Below, piece by piece: positions 9,450 through 19,611 of a DNA stretch of 64,000 nucleotides. Source of the DNA: a virus. Position numbers and translations under genes: made by a program. Every line of letters begins with the position of its first letter. Positions within the stretch are counted from its first letter, which is position 1. The stretch spans positions 1 through 64,000 of the IMG/VR virus record IMGVR_UViG_3300027704_003324, one strand, 5' to 3'. The notes under the pieces were generated by a model. That model searched no databases, was not told the origin of the DNA, and saw only the letters and a program-made list of their open reading frames with translations.

Positions 9450-9850
9450 TAGTAGTCTATTCCGGAAATGCCATGCTGAGTATCATCTACTTGAGATTGA
9501 ACTTCAGATTCGCTATCCAATATGGTTATGAGAGTTTCTTTTACTGATTGGGATACTGCTAACTCACTATGTTCTGGATCGTTCTCATAAGTTGAGTTAA
9601 TCTCTAAGGTAGCTTGCTTATCGCCTCTAAGTTCAGCATCTTTAAGTGCTAACAATCTAGCTTTACCAGCATCCATAATAATAATATCATTGTACGTATG
9701 GTCGCCAGTACCTTCTACTGTAGTAATACCTACCACTGACTCTACAGTCGAACAATTAACACAGAAATTATATCCGTATTTAGTCTTTCTTAGTTCAGGG
9801 TAGTCTTCTTGGCACTTAGGACAAGGAATCATCTTTAAATTTTCTAACAT
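9449..9850 (-). CDS. C4 zinc-finger protein (TraR/DksA-like finger)
   Basis: CPKC....PELR.......FCVNC; promoter at 9880-9912. Confidence 0.55.
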   Translation of the reverse strand: MLENLKMIPCPKCQEDYPELRKTKYGYNFCVNCSTVESVVGITTVEGTGDHTYNDIIIMDAGKARLLALKDAELRGDKQATLEINSTYENDPEHSELAVSQSVKETLITILDSESEVQSQVDDTQHGISGIDY

Positions 9851-9918
9851 ATTTATAACCTTTATATTTTAATTATAGTTAAATATACGAACATTTAAGT
9901 TCATAAGCAACTAATAGT

Positions 9919-10329
9919 TTAATTGATTGCCTGTAAAGCAGTCCATACATCATCGACTGTTTTAAAGTTTACGACTTTTTCTTGTTTATCTTTACCTACT
10001 TCTATTGTAATTGTTCCGTCCCATTCAGGATCAGGCAGCAATTGATAAAGATAGCACTGTATTAATGCTTGTTGTTCTTTATTAAAAGCCATTTTAATTA
10101 AGTTCTCTATTACATCGAAGAACTTATCTTCGTATGCAGTTACATCCATTCCTATTTCATCTTGAAGAAAGTCTCTTCTATCTTCAATCTCTCTAAGACC
10201 TTGGATAACTGCTTTAAAACTTTTTTTATCCATATCTTCTCTGCTGGGTTGTACTTGTTTTATCCTAAACTTAAGAGGATGTCCTATATCATGAAATACT
10301 TTTCTGAGTTTTTTTATTGGTTCCGTCAT
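9919..10329 (-). CDS. hypothetical protein
   Basis: 136-aa ORF in operon. Confidence 0.65.
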   Translation of the reverse strand: MTEPIKKLRKVFHDIGHPLKFRIKQVQPSREDMDKKSFKAVIQGLREIEDRRDFLQDEIGMDVTAYEDKFFDVIENLIKMAFNKEQQALIQCYLYQLLPDPEWDGTITIEVGKDKQEKVVNFKTVDDVWTALQAIN

Positions 10330-10486
10330 GCGCTTTTACTTTGAAAATTTTTTGAAATTCTGATAGAATTAAACCTTTTCTTCTTGCGAAGATGCTTGTA
10401 GCTTCATCTATTGTTTGCGCTTTAGACTTAGCGATGATCTCTTGAGAAGGATCACTTACCGAATAATATCCGTACGACCACGACAT
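10289..10486 (-). CDS. hypothetical protein (start probably MSWSYGYY)
   Basis: track ORF 10289-10522 trimmed to remove overlap with the upstream gene. Confidence 0.5.
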   Translation of the reverse strand: MSWSYGYYSVSDPSQEIIAKSKAQTIDEATSIFARRKGLILSEFQKIFKVKAHDGTNKKTQKSIS

Positions 10487-10487
10487 A

Positions 10488-10862
10488 TTAGACAGCTGGT
10501 TTTTCAAGTTCAGGTGCAGCATTAGGATTCTGTCCTGATAATGCTTTCCTTATTATCTTGTCAAAGTATTCAATATAAATAAAGAATCCAATAATAGTCT
10601 TATCTTTTAAGTTTCTATCTCTTTCGACTCTTAACTCATACTCTCCTAAACCTTTTTCTAGTCTAGTTTCTAATTCAATAGCAATATCATTCTGTTCAGT
10701 AGGTGTTATCTTACCGAAAGTAGTTGGTAGAAATTGAACCTTTACTCCTTTTTTCTGTGGATCTTCGTTAGTGTCCACTTTAAGTACAAACGTATGACCT
10801 GCAAATGTTACTTTGGCAGCTTCGTTAAGTACTTGTTTTACTATTTTTTCTAGTTGTTTCAT
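10488..10862 (-). CDS. hypothetical protein, possibly virion-associated
   Basis: N-terminal LEKIVKQVLNE helix; both promoter classes upstream (10867-10905). Confidence 0.65.
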   Translation of the reverse strand: MKQLEKIVKQVLNEAAKVTFAGHTFVLKVDTNEDPQKKGVKVQFLPTTFGKITPTEQNDIAIELETRLEKGLGEYELRVERDRNLKDKTIIGFFIYIEYFDKIIRKALSGQNPNAAPELEKPAV

Positions 10863-10917
10863 ATTATAAAGATAAGAAATAAAATTCAGTTATACAAATA
10901 AATAGCTTGTTATTATA

Positions 10918-11091
10918 CTATCCAAATAGCATTGCTTTACTATTCGTATTGTTTTCGTTTATTACATTCCACTTGGCAACTGCTCTATTTCTAGACCATT
11001 GGTCAATTGTCCACTGTAATCTGTCTGTTTCGAATGTGACTCTCTCTTTAGAGCCGTCCATCATTTTAAATTCAACTAAGTACTTCTTCAT
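10918..11091 (-). CDS. small hypothetical protein (57 aa, MKKYLVEFKMMDGSKE...)
   Basis: translated by hand; fills the gap on the coding strand. Confidence 0.6.
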   Translation of the reverse strand: MKKYLVEFKMMDGSKERVTFETDRLQWTIDQWSRNRAVAKWNVINENNTNSKAMLFG

Positions 11092-12205
11092 AATATTTTA
11101 TTATTTCTATTTTTAAATTGCCTAAGGTGAAAGTACCTTTGGACTGCTCGCTTTGTTTTACTATGGCAGCTAATTGCATCAGGTATGTAAAGTCCTGCTG
11201 GTTAAATGTCTTTCCATCTATTGTTATAAATATAGCGTTTTGCTTCTCGTTGTCAAGTGGAAGTAACTTTCGTTTCATATCCATTATGCTAACCTTCTGC
11301 TCTTTATCAATATACTCTTTATAGTCTAAGTCACTATATAATGTATCACACCAAGGTTCTAATGCTTCTAAGAGCTGTTCGTTACCATTATGTAATATAA
11401 TTCCTCTATCAAACTTAGGATTTATAGTTGGGTATTGGTACTCATCATTCTGTATCCAATCACCCCACTTACGTATGTACTCTTTACGGCAACGTTCCAT
11501 AGTATCTTTATAGTCTGAGTTCTCTATACCAACTCCAGCATTCCATTTATGACCTCTACAAGTCATATGATAACATAAAGCATCTCTAGATTGAATCATT
11601 TGATAACCTGCTTGAATCCATCTGTTAAATATATCAGAGTCTTCATATCCATAAGGAGCAAATCTTTGATCATGTCCTCCAATACTTAAATGATCTTCTT
11701 TATATAACATCCAAGGAGCAAAGATACCTTTAGTAGTAATACCAATTTGCTTATTGCTATGGTCTTCTACAAACTTCTCAAATAGATCCCATTTAAAGTC
11801 TTCAGCTTCCATACCAAAGTCTCTTACTATCTTCTCTTTACCGGCAGGATGGATTGGTGGCTCTATTCTAGTAGCACAAACTATACTCAAAGGCTTCAAA
11901 TGCTTTAACATATTTTCAAAGTATCCTGGACCTATTATCATATCTGAATGTAATATAGAGACAATAGGAGTATTAGCCATCTTCATACCCTCGTCGTACC
12001 AGTGTGTATGCCCACGTCTCTCCTTAGCAATATGAAATGTTAAGTCCTTATTAACTAATGTACCTAACCATTCAGCTGTACCGTCAGAGGATGCATCATC
12101 AATTATAATTATATCAACATCTTTAGCATACTTAAGTAAACTACTGTAAGTGTTCTTTAGATGCTCTAATGTATTATATGATGGTATTATTACTGTATGC
12201 CGCAT
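11072..12205 (-). CDS. GT2 glycosyltransferase
   Basis: VIIPSYN, IIDDASSDGT, LHSD, GG.D.RF...EDSD. Confidence 0.9.
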   Translation of the reverse strand: MRHTVIIPSYNTLEHLKNTYSSLLKYAKDVDIIIIDDASSDGTAEWLGTLVNKDLTFHIAKERRGHTHWYDEGMKMANTPIVSILHSDMIIGPGYFENMLKHLKPLSIVCATRIEPPIHPAGKEKIVRDFGMEAEDFKWDLFEKFVEDHSNKQIGITTKGIFAPWMLYKEDHLSIGGHDQRFAPYGYEDSDIFNRWIQAGYQMIQSRDALCYHMTCRGHKWNAGVGIENSDYKDTMERCRKEYIRKWGDWIQNDEYQYPTINPKFDRGIILHNGNEQLLEALEPWCDTLYSDLDYKEYIDKEQKVSIMDMKRKLLPLDNEKQNAIFITIDGKTFNQQDFTYLMQLAAIVKQSEQSKGTFTLGNLKIEIIKYYEEVLS

Positions 12206-13023
12206 ATCATTCCGTATTCGTTCTTTTTAGGCATTCCGCCCCATTTCTTATAAAATTTTTGAGCATTTATTTGCTCATGTTTACTTTGTCTAGCTGAGGT
12301 CTTATTATCATTCTCTTCTAATCTATGTGAACCTCTTGCACCGAAGTGCCATACTACTGATTTAGTAGGCATCATAAACTCTACTCCATTCTGTATCATT
12401 CTCCAAAATAGATCATAATCATCCCAGCTTGTAGGAGCGAATTGAGGATCATTACCTCCTGTTTCGTCCCATACTTCTTTCTTAACCAATCCAGATACTC
12501 CTTCACCTTTAGGTATCATAAAATCATTCATCTTAGCTAACTCTTTAGCATACTTGAACATAGCATGTTGGTTAAAGTCATCATGATATGCTCCGAATGC
12601 TTCTTTAGGAACAAAATGAGTACCGGGTCTATCTGTATCGTTAAACATATTAGGCTCTATTCTAAAAGAATTAACCCATAGTTTTTTATCTTCATTATCA
12701 TCATGCACCTTCATTAATTCTAAGTCCCAGTTAGGAGTTACAACAAAGTCTGAATGTAAGAAGTTAATGTATTCTGTCTCTACTCTTTCAGCACAGAAGT
12801 TCATTCCTCCTCCTATACCTTTTGGCTTATCGTTTGTATCTATATAATAGGTTACGTCGTAGCTCTCAGCAAAACCCTTTAGCCATTCATTAGTTCCGTC
12901 GGTACAATTCTCTGCATGAATAATAAATGGAGCGTCTTTCCAATATGAATGCTGCCTTACAGATCTTATAGCAAGCTTAAGGTACGGTAAGTTGTTATGT
13001 GTACTAATACAATGTGTTATCAT
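12190..13023 (-). CDS. GT2 glycosyltransferase
   Basis: ISTHNN, ENCTDGT, LHSD, GGND..F....WDDYD, WHFG. Confidence 0.9.
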   Translation of the reverse strand: MITHCISTHNNLPYLKLAIRSVRQHSYWKDAPFIIHAENCTDGTNEWLKGFAESYDVTYYIDTNDKPKGIGGGMNFCAERVETEYINFLHSDFVVTPNWDLELMKVHDDNEDKKLWVNSFRIEPNMFNDTDRPGTHFVPKEAFGAYHDDFNQHAMFKYAKELAKMNDFMIPKGEGVSGLVKKEVWDETGGNDPQFAPTSWDDYDLFWRMIQNGVEFMMPTKSVVWHFGARGSHRLEENDNKTSARQSKHEQINAQKFYKKWGGMPKKNEYGMICGIQ

Positions 13024-13901
13024 AGTTCTGTTAAAAATTTACTCATAGCTGCTATACTAGCTGTTTGATAGTCTTTAAATACTTGATCGTTTCTAGTAGC
13101 ATCTGTTCCTATACGCTTACTAGGATGTTTATAGTTATGTCCTTTCAATCTAGAAGTAACACATAATTGTATTATTTCTTTCTTTCTACAATACTCCTCA
13201 AAGCAAGTATCTTCTCTAACAAAATGCATGCCTGGTGCTATAAATGGAGTATCGAATCCTGAAGAGATACAAACTAAGCTTCCATCTATCTTAAGAGGAA
13301 CTTGTTTAATATTTATGTCACCAGCCTCGTCGTTAAATTTATCTAATTCTTTCTGAGATATATAATCCTTATATTTTAAAGGTGCTTCTAATAATTCTAT
13401 ACAGTCTTCTCTATGATCTGAGGTACATTGACAGGGCTTACTATATCCTTGAAGCTTATCATGAGTAACTATATCCCAAGAGTTATCCCACATAGGTCTT
13501 GAAGCAAACGTTACTACATGCTTAACAGGTACTTGTAATGCTCCTAACACAGCAAAGAAGTCTCTCGGCATTAGACAATCAGACTCTCCCCATACAGTAT
13601 ACTTTGCATCTACATCGTATATTTCTCTTCTCCAATCAGCTATATTATAGAATGGATCTTTATCTGTCTTAATAGTTAATTCCGGATTAAACTCCTGCAT
13701 TAGTCTATGAGTCTCAAACTTGTTAAAGAAGTCTCTAGGGGATGCATGCTTAGGTTTTTCTATATAAGTCTGTTCGTTATAACAGATCTTAATTTTAACC
13801 TCAACAGCTGGTGCTGACTTAATAGCTCTGTATATAGAGTCCCAACATTCTTCTATAATGTTAGACTCGTACCACATATGGTGTAATTGTAATAGTATCA
13901 T
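13020..13901 (-). CDS. putative GT-A fold protein
   Basis: WGESD and RED motifs; position within the glycosylation cluster. Confidence 0.5.
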   Translation of the reverse strand: MILLQLHHMWYESNIIEECWDSIYRAIKSAPAVEVKIKICYNEQTYIEKPKHASPRDFFNKFETHRLMQEFNPELTIKTDKDPFYNIADWRREIYDVDAKYTVWGESDCLMPRDFFAVLGALQVPVKHVVTFASRPMWDNSWDIVTHDKLQGYSKPCQCTSDHREDCIELLEAPLKYKDYISQKELDKFNDEAGDINIKQVPLKIDGSLVCISSGFDTPFIAPGMHFVREDTCFEEYCRKKEIIQLCVTSRLKGHNYKHPSKRIGTDATRNDQVFKDYQTASIAAMSKFLTEL

Positions 13902-14713
13902 GTCCAGTTGCTTTGTAATATTATTCCGTTATAATTTTTAGATATCTTATCCTTATCGAACCATTGGTTAGTGACTTCGAAATCATATAACTCTTTCCAG
14001 TGATATACTTTAAAGAATGGACCGCAAGGTATAATTGGTATAGGTCTAACAGCATGTAGATACTCACCATACGTTAATGTCTCTCTAAAATGAATACCAT
14101 ATTGACTCTTCATAGCTAAACAAAACTCTTCCATCTTAATATTATTAACCTGAAGGTATGTTCGCTTGAAGCTATCGATTACTTCTCTATTCCATAGATG
14201 AGGATTAGGACCGTAGTCGTATATCTTATCTCCTTTACCGCCAAAGATAGTTCTATAAGCTCTTACTGCTTTAGCGTAACCTGTATTATTATAGTCTCCT
14301 CCTTTAAGTAACGTTTCATACTCCATCATTTGCTTATTCTCATACATAATAGTATATGGAATATTATCATACGCAATGAAGTCTTTTATGTAAAATGGTT
14401 TAATAAAGTAAGCATCTGAGTCTAATATAAGAATATTATCTGCAGGTATCTCATCGAAAGCATGAAGCTTTATTAACATTTGGTCTTCCCATCCTCCTAG
14501 TTGATTCTTAATTTTATATATCTCTTCATCAGATATAAAAGTATACCCTTCATCACCTATAAGGTCTTCAAGCATTCCTTCTTCTAACTTAGGACAAGAT
14601 ATAAAGAAAGGTATATCATCTTCATTCCATTGCTCTATTGAGTCTAATAGTCTCTTTACTCTTTTAAAGTCTCCTTTATATGTCTTACAGTATAGTGCTA
14701 ATTTACAATTCAT
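13898..14713 (-). CDS. DUF6492-like putative glycosyltransferase
   Basis: KTY..DF.R...L, GW..Q..IKL, LILDSD.YFIKPF...DF. Confidence 0.65.
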   Translation of the reverse strand: MNCKLALYCKTYKGDFKRVKRLLDSIEQWNEDDIPFFISCPKLEEGMLEDLIGDEGYTFISDEEIYKIKNQLGGWEDQMLIKLHAFDEIPADNILILDSDAYFIKPFYIKDFIAYDNIPYTIMYENKQMMEYETLLKGGDYNNTGYAKAVRAYRTIFGGKGDKIYDYGPNPHLWNREVIDSFKRTYLQVNNIKMEEFCLAMKSQYGIHFRETLTYGEYLHAVRPIPIIPCGPFFKVYHWKELYDFEVTNQWFDKDKISKNYNGIILQSNWT

Positions 14714-15491
14714 CTATATTTATTCGTTCAAACCTATTATCCGCTGGGTTACTCTTAGACAAGATACGAACTTTTATTTTATTATCCAAGAACCAATCGT
14801 ACATTTCTTTAGTACAATCGATAGTTTCTTTTAGTTCTAAATAGTCTGGTCCTCCATCTGCTTTTATTTTATACAGTTCATGAGCATGTTCTTCATGCCA
14901 AGCATCACCTAACTTGAATCCCTTCTCAGGCTCAAATTTAGATAAGTCTCCTATGTCCCATCCAATAGTAACAATGTCTTTACATCCTAAATGTAATGCT
15001 AAAGGGAAGCCTGACTCATACATAATACCGGGACCCCATATCGCTTTACCTTCTCCATATGCTTTCCAGTTATCAAACTCTCTACTAAATGCAGTTGTTT
15101 GTTTCATCTGTATCCATGGAGTAGAGTAACAAGGTATTAATATATCAGCTGGTGACTTCCATTCGTTCTGAATTCTATTAATTTCGTATGGCATATTCAT
15201 TGCTGTTAACTGCCAATGTACAATCGTATCTTCGTTATGATATTCATATGGTTGGTAAGAATAGCAAGACATTAAATGAAACGTTGCTACTTCTTTAACA
15301 TACTCATAGGATTGTTTACATGCTATTACTAGTTTACCTTCTAGCTTTTCAAGTAACTTAGATCTATCTAGCTCTGTTAGTGAAGGTCCGGCAGTAATTA
15401 AGTATGCTGTTTGATCTTTAAACTTATCTTTGAGTAACTTAATTCTTTCGTAACTGTCTTCAACTTTATATATTTCCTTCTTTAAACTCAT
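14703..15491 (-). CDS. Maf/DUF115-like putative nonulosonate transferase
   Basis: LKDKFKDQTAYLITAGPSL, IAC, LALHLGCKDI..IGWD. Confidence 0.7.
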   Translation of the reverse strand: MSLKKEIYKVEDSYERIKLLKDKFKDQTAYLITAGPSLTELDRSKLLEKLEGKLVIACKQSYEYVKEVATFHLMSCYSYQPYEYHNEDTIVHWQLTAMNMPYEINRIQNEWKSPADILIPCYSTPWIQMKQTTAFSREFDNWKAYGEGKAIWGPGIMYESGFPLALHLGCKDIVTIGWDIGDLSKFEPEKGFKLGDAWHEEHAHELYKIKADGGPDYLELKETIDCTKEMYDWFLDNKIKVRILSKSNPADNRFERINIDEL

Positions 15492-16167
15492 TGTATAGTA
15501 TTTCTCCTACTTTAAATTGCCATTCATAATCTATATCGAAAGCTTCTAGTTCAGCCATAGGGAATAACTTTATACCACCTTCTCTCTCAAAGTCTCCCAT
15601 GAACCTGTCATCCTTTATTATATCTAATCGTGAAGCGTATAAGACATGAGCTGCTTCAGATGTAGGTTCTACAACTTTAGTGTTCATTATTGTTTGACTT
15701 TCAGGCCAAGGAGTAACTAAAGAGCCTTCTTTATTCCAATAGTATTGTTTCTTCTCCATTACAGCAAATAAGTTCTCTTCATCTTGCAGAACTAGTTCAT
15801 TGTAAAACTCTCTAATTGTTTCTGGTTTGAGAAGTGGATTACATCCAGATACTAACATTACATATTTGTAATTATTTGGTAGCTTATCATGCCATTCGTA
15901 TATCTTCTGCAATGAGTTATCATTATTAGCCGACTCATGACTTCTATTGAAGATATTAACTCCCTGCTTCTTAGCTATTTCTACTAACTCAGGTTCGTAT
16001 ACTGAAGCCCATATATGTTCTTGTTTACTTGGTAGTGCTTCTTTGATCTTCTCTAATACTAAATCATATAGAGTAGTATCGGCGAATGGCCTTATCATCT
16101 TTTGTGGCACCCTTTGACTGTTTAGTCTAGCTTGTACTACTATTGCTATCTCATCTAATCGTTTCAT
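15466..16167 (-). CDS. neuA: CMP-nonulosonic acid synthetase (acylneuraminate cytidylyltransferase)
   Basis: ARLNSQRVPQKMIR, PLL, DIDYEWQF. Confidence 0.85.
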   Translation of the reverse strand: MKRLDEIAIVVQARLNSQRVPQKMIRPFADTTLYDLVLEKIKEALPSKQEHIWASVYEPELVEIAKKQGVNIFNRSHESANNDNSLQKIYEWHDKLPNNYKYVMLVSGCNPLLKPETIREFYNELVLQDEENLFAVMEKKQYYWNKEGSLVTPWPESQTIMNTKVVEPTSEAAHVLYASRLDIIKDDRFMGDFEREGGIKLFPMAELEAFDIDYEWQFKVGEILYNEFKEGNI

Positions 16168-16855
16168 ATATATCTTTTGATAATGGAAAATACTTCTTAC
16201 TAAGCTCAGTACCTAAATTATAATCTAATCCTTCTCCTAAGTTCCTAAGTCTATTATTATCTTCTAAAGAAGCTAAAACTGTATAGGCATCTACAAATAC
16301 ATTTACAAACGAATGAATTGAATCATTCCAATCTCTTCTAGTATCAGTATCTTTTAATCCTACTCTACCTGAGAATGCATGAGCATTACTAAATTCTTTA
16401 TTGAATCCATCAAATCCTACAAAATTAACTTTACGAGCTCTTGTTGCTTGCATAGCTAATAGTATCATTCTAAATGTAGCTCCTGATTTTTGAGCTGGAT
16501 TATACTGAACTTCACCTAAGTCTATATTCATTGCAAGAATAGGAGTATCTATATACTCTTTGAATGCTATGAACTCATCTGATTTTTCTTTATTGTTCCT
16601 AAAATGCTCTGGTTCGTAATATACGAATGGTTTATCTGCCTTTAGCTTATCCATTAATACCTTACTAGTTATATCAGTTTCATAACCTAATTGGTATAGG
16701 TCTATCTTCTTTGACAATACCTTATCATTCTTATAGAAATCATTACAGGTCCAAAGGAAATCATAATCTAACTTATCCCAATTTCTGTCTAAAGTAGATG
16801 TTCCTCCACCTACTATTAAAATTGATTTACCTATATAGTCTTTTCTAAAATCCAT
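16151..16855 (-). CDS. GT42/Maf-like putative sialyltransferase
   Basis: ILIVGGGTS, TCNDFY, KSGA, FVGFDG; resembles the Cst-II/Maf fold. Confidence 0.6.
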   Translation of the reverse strand: MDFRKDYIGKSILIVGGGTSTLDRNWDKLDYDFLWTCNDFYKNDKVLSKKIDLYQLGYETDITSKVLMDKLKADKPFVYYEPEHFRNNKEKSDEFIAFKEYIDTPILAMNIDLGEVQYNPAQKSGATFRMILLAMQATRARKVNFVGFDGFNKEFSNAHAFSGRVGLKDTDTRRDWNDSIHSFVNVFVDAYTVLASLEDNNRLRNLGEGLDYNLGTELSKKYFPLSKDIYETIR

Positions 16856-17927
16856 ATTTTTCCGGCTCTAAATAGTAAAGCTCTTTAAAGTCTTTTTCTA
16901 TTTCATTAAAGTCTAACATATGCTCCATACCTTCTGTATTATTATCTATTGTACATTCAATATGTCCTTTAAAATAAGGTTTAAGTCTTGTATATTTATC
17001 ATTTAGTTCAAGAGTATCTACTTCACGGTTACTATAGTTCTCCATAATAAAAGAGTATAGCTCTTTCTCATTATTAGCAGCGAAGTGAAAGTATCCATTA
17101 GGGCCGTAAAGCATCTGATCTCCTTCTGTCTTCCACATATTAGAATCAAAGGAAGCTGATGGAGTCTTACCTGCAAAAGCCATAACCATTCCGTGATGAC
17201 GGCCTGTAATATTATACTTAGCAGTCTTAACAGCATCATAGTAATTCTCAAATCCTCCTGTAATATGTTTAATAGCTGGATGTAATCTAGAGCCTGCAAT
17301 GTTTAGGTCACTTGCTGGGTTGCTGGGAAAATCTAAGAAAGCACATTTGTATCCTTCTTCAGCTATTTTATTAATTACATTAATATAGTTCTGTAAAGGT
17401 TTTTCAATTTTTTCTCTCATCTTAGTAATAGCTCCTAATCCGAAACAAAAGTCTAATGTCTTTTTGTCTATACTTTCTTCTTCAAAGTAAGCTGTACCCA
17501 AGTCCGGAAACAATTTGATATTAGTTAACCCTAATTTCTTACAGTACATATAACTTAGAGGCTCTCTTAATGCTACTACTTCTAAACGATTTAGTAAAGG
17601 AATATGAGGCTCTAGTATTTCCTTACTTACTTGTATGGTTACATTTACTAAGTATATAGGAGTATTGGAACTTAAAAAGTGTTTAATTATTCCTATCATT
17701 TGAGCTTTAAAGCCTCCGGGAAGTTGAAACCTATGCCCGAATGATCCTTCTCCATTGATAATTACCTTATCGAATGTTCTAGTCTCTTTTGAATAAGAGC
17801 CCATAGGTTGATAATAAATACTAGCTGATGGGTATACTTCTCTCATAGTCTTTCTAATGGAATGACTAACAAGTTGGCAACCGTAATTGTCGCTGTTAAT
17901 TGTATCGTTTAGTATTAGAATATCCAT
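16845..17927 (-). CDS. polysaccharide pyruvyl transferase family protein
   Basis: NYGC, INGEGS, LREPLS, FPD, ITGRHHG. Confidence 0.8.
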   Translation of the reverse strand: MDILILNDTINSDNYGCQLVSHSIRKTMREVYPSASIYYQPMGSYSKETRTFDKVIINGEGSFGHRFQLPGGFKAQMIGIIKHFLSSNTPIYLVNVTIQVSKEILEPHIPLLNRLEVVALREPLSYMYCKKLGLTNIKLFPDLGTAYFEEESIDKKTLDFCFGLGAITKMREKIEKPLQNYINVINKIAEEGYKCAFLDFPSNPASDLNIAGSRLHPAIKHITGGFENYYDAVKTAKYNITGRHHGMVMAFAGKTPSASFDSNMWKTEGDQMLYGPNGYFHFAANNEKELYSFIMENYSNREVDTLELNDKYTRLKPYFKGHIECTIDNNTEGMEHMLDFNEIEKDFKELYYLEPEKYGF

Positions 17928-18778
17928 TACCCTCTTAGTTTTTTCCTTACTGGCTTTTCTGATTCTGTAACTTTAATTACTCCATCACCATAAGCTAATT
18001 CTAATTCTCTAATGCCTGATACTAATTTGAATAGTCCATGAGGAGTTACTGATGCGCTATGATCAGATCCTTCCATTGACCTATCTAATGTTATATGTCT
18101 CTCTATAATAGAAGCTCCTAATAGAACGGATGCTACTGTTGTACCTAATAACATTTCATGACCTGAGTATCCTATTTCAAAGTCAGGGTATTTATCTGCT
18201 AAAGTCTTAATAGCTGATAGGTTTAATTCATCTACTGGTGCTGGGTATGTTGAATTGCAATGTAGTAACCCTATTGGTTCGTCTTTTCTAAAGTAAGCCT
18301 TAGCCTGTCTTAGTATCTCAACTGCATGATCAATTTCTTCTTCAGTAGACATTCCTGTAGAGAATATTACTTTAGGGAACCTTTTAACACATGCTGTAAG
18401 TAGTGCATCGTCCGTAAGAGATGCTGATGGGAGTTTAATAAATGGTAAGTTATACTGTTCTAAGAAATCAACTGAATCTAAGTCCCAAGGAGAAGCTGAC
18501 CATGCAATTCCTTGCTGCTTACAATAGCGATCAATTTCATCATACTCTTCTTTACCGAATTCAACTTTATACTTGTACTCTAAGTATGTCATATCTTCTC
18601 CAGCCCAACGTCTAGGTTTATTCTTCTGTGCTTCTGGAACACATACGTCAGGGTTTCTCTTTTGAAACTTAACTGCATCACAACCTGATGCTGCTGCTAT
18701 GTCGATTAACCTCTTAGCAATCTTCATGTCTCCTTGGTGATTGATTCCAATCTCTCCAATAATGTATGTTTTTTTCAT
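17927..18778 (-). CDS. neuB: N-acetylneuraminate/nonulosonate synthase (no C-terminal antifreeze-like domain)
   Basis: EIGINHQG, DAVKFQKR, STGMS, LHCNSTYP, GYSGHE, IERHITLDR, GSDH. Confidence 0.95.
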   Translation of the reverse strand: MKKTYIIGEIGINHQGDMKIAKRLIDIAAASGCDAVKFQKRNPDVCVPEAQKNKPRRWAGEDMTYLEYKYKVEFGKEEYDEIDRYCKQQGIAWSASPWDLDSVDFLEQYNLPFIKLPSASLTDDALLTACVKRFPKVIFSTGMSTEEEIDHAVEILRQAKAYFRKDEPIGLLHCNSTYPAPVDELNLSAIKTLADKYPDFEIGYSGHEMLLGTTVASVLLGASIIERHITLDRSMEGSDHSASVTPHGLFKLVSGIRELELAYGDGVIKVTESEKPVRKKLRG

Positions 18779-18781
18779 AAC

Positions 18782-19090
18782 TTAAATTTCTTCTATTCGT
18801 TTAGTTTTATCGCATATCATTAAGTCATATGCTGGCTTTTCGCCGGTAATTAAATTGTGATACTTTGCACCAGCTTCTCCTAATTGATCTCTAGTTAGTT
18901 CATAATAGTCAATACCTGATACAGATCCTCTAGCTGTATAGTAGGTAATGGTATTACCTTCATCATACAGTTTGTTTATCTTATCGATATTCATATCAAT
19001 AGGTCTTGCTAATGAGTATTCTGTACTATCTTCTCCTGGCTCATAGTCCATAATAGTATCGTCTATATCTACATATATATTTTTTCCCAT
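18782..19090 (-). CDS. HAD-family phosphatase (capsule biosynthesis type)
   Basis: VDIDDT, YTARG, KP.YD...CDK; promoter at 19095-19127. Confidence 0.8.
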   Translation of the reverse strand: MGKNIYVDIDDTIMDYEPGEDSTEYSLARPIDMNIDKINKLYDEGNTITYYTARGSVSGIDYYELTRDQLGEAGAKYHNLITGEKPAYDLMICDKTKRIEEI

Positions 19091-19116
19091 ATATACAATA
19101 TACGAACTTTAATTGG

Positions 19117-19611
19117 TTAAAGCAACGATAATGATGGAAACTTTTCAGGCAAATATTTCTTATATCTTTCTAAATAATTACTGTATTTAGCTTTATTAGT
19201 ATGCATAGCTTTTTGTAACCATTTTATTTTATCTAATGCTGTTCTATGTTTAACTATTACTTCTCTTTCGTTACATAAAAGAGTAGTTGAAGTAAGTTCA
19301 TTGACTTCATCTGATATAAATACTTCTACTTTAAGATTAGAAATACCATCGTATGCTCGCCATTTTGGCTCAACCAGATGTGTTAGCTTTAAACTACATG
19401 CCATTGCATCTGGGAACATTATGTGCCATTGCTCTAATGCGTCCTCAGTATAGATTCTTATATCAAAATCTCCTACGGGTCTTTTCCTAAATCGTGAACC
19501 TAATATGCAAAAGTCTTCCATACTACCAATAAAACTCCAACTGTTGTCAGGTAAATAGTAGTTAAGCTTTTCAATCATATTAAGCTGATCTTGTGTCAGC
19601 TTGTCAGTCAT
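19117..19611 (-). CDS. pol-beta-superfamily nucleotidyltransferase-like protein
   Basis: FIGS...GDFDI (GS/DxD) motif. Confidence 0.5.
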   Translation of the reverse strand: MTDKLTQDQLNMIEKLNYYLPDNSWSFIGSMEDFCILGSRFRKRPVGDFDIRIYTEDALEQWHIMFPDAMACSLKLTHLVEPKWRAYDGISNLKVEVFISDEVNELTSTTLLCNEREVIVKHRTALDKIKWLQKAMHTNKAKYSNYLERYKKYLPEKFPSLSLL

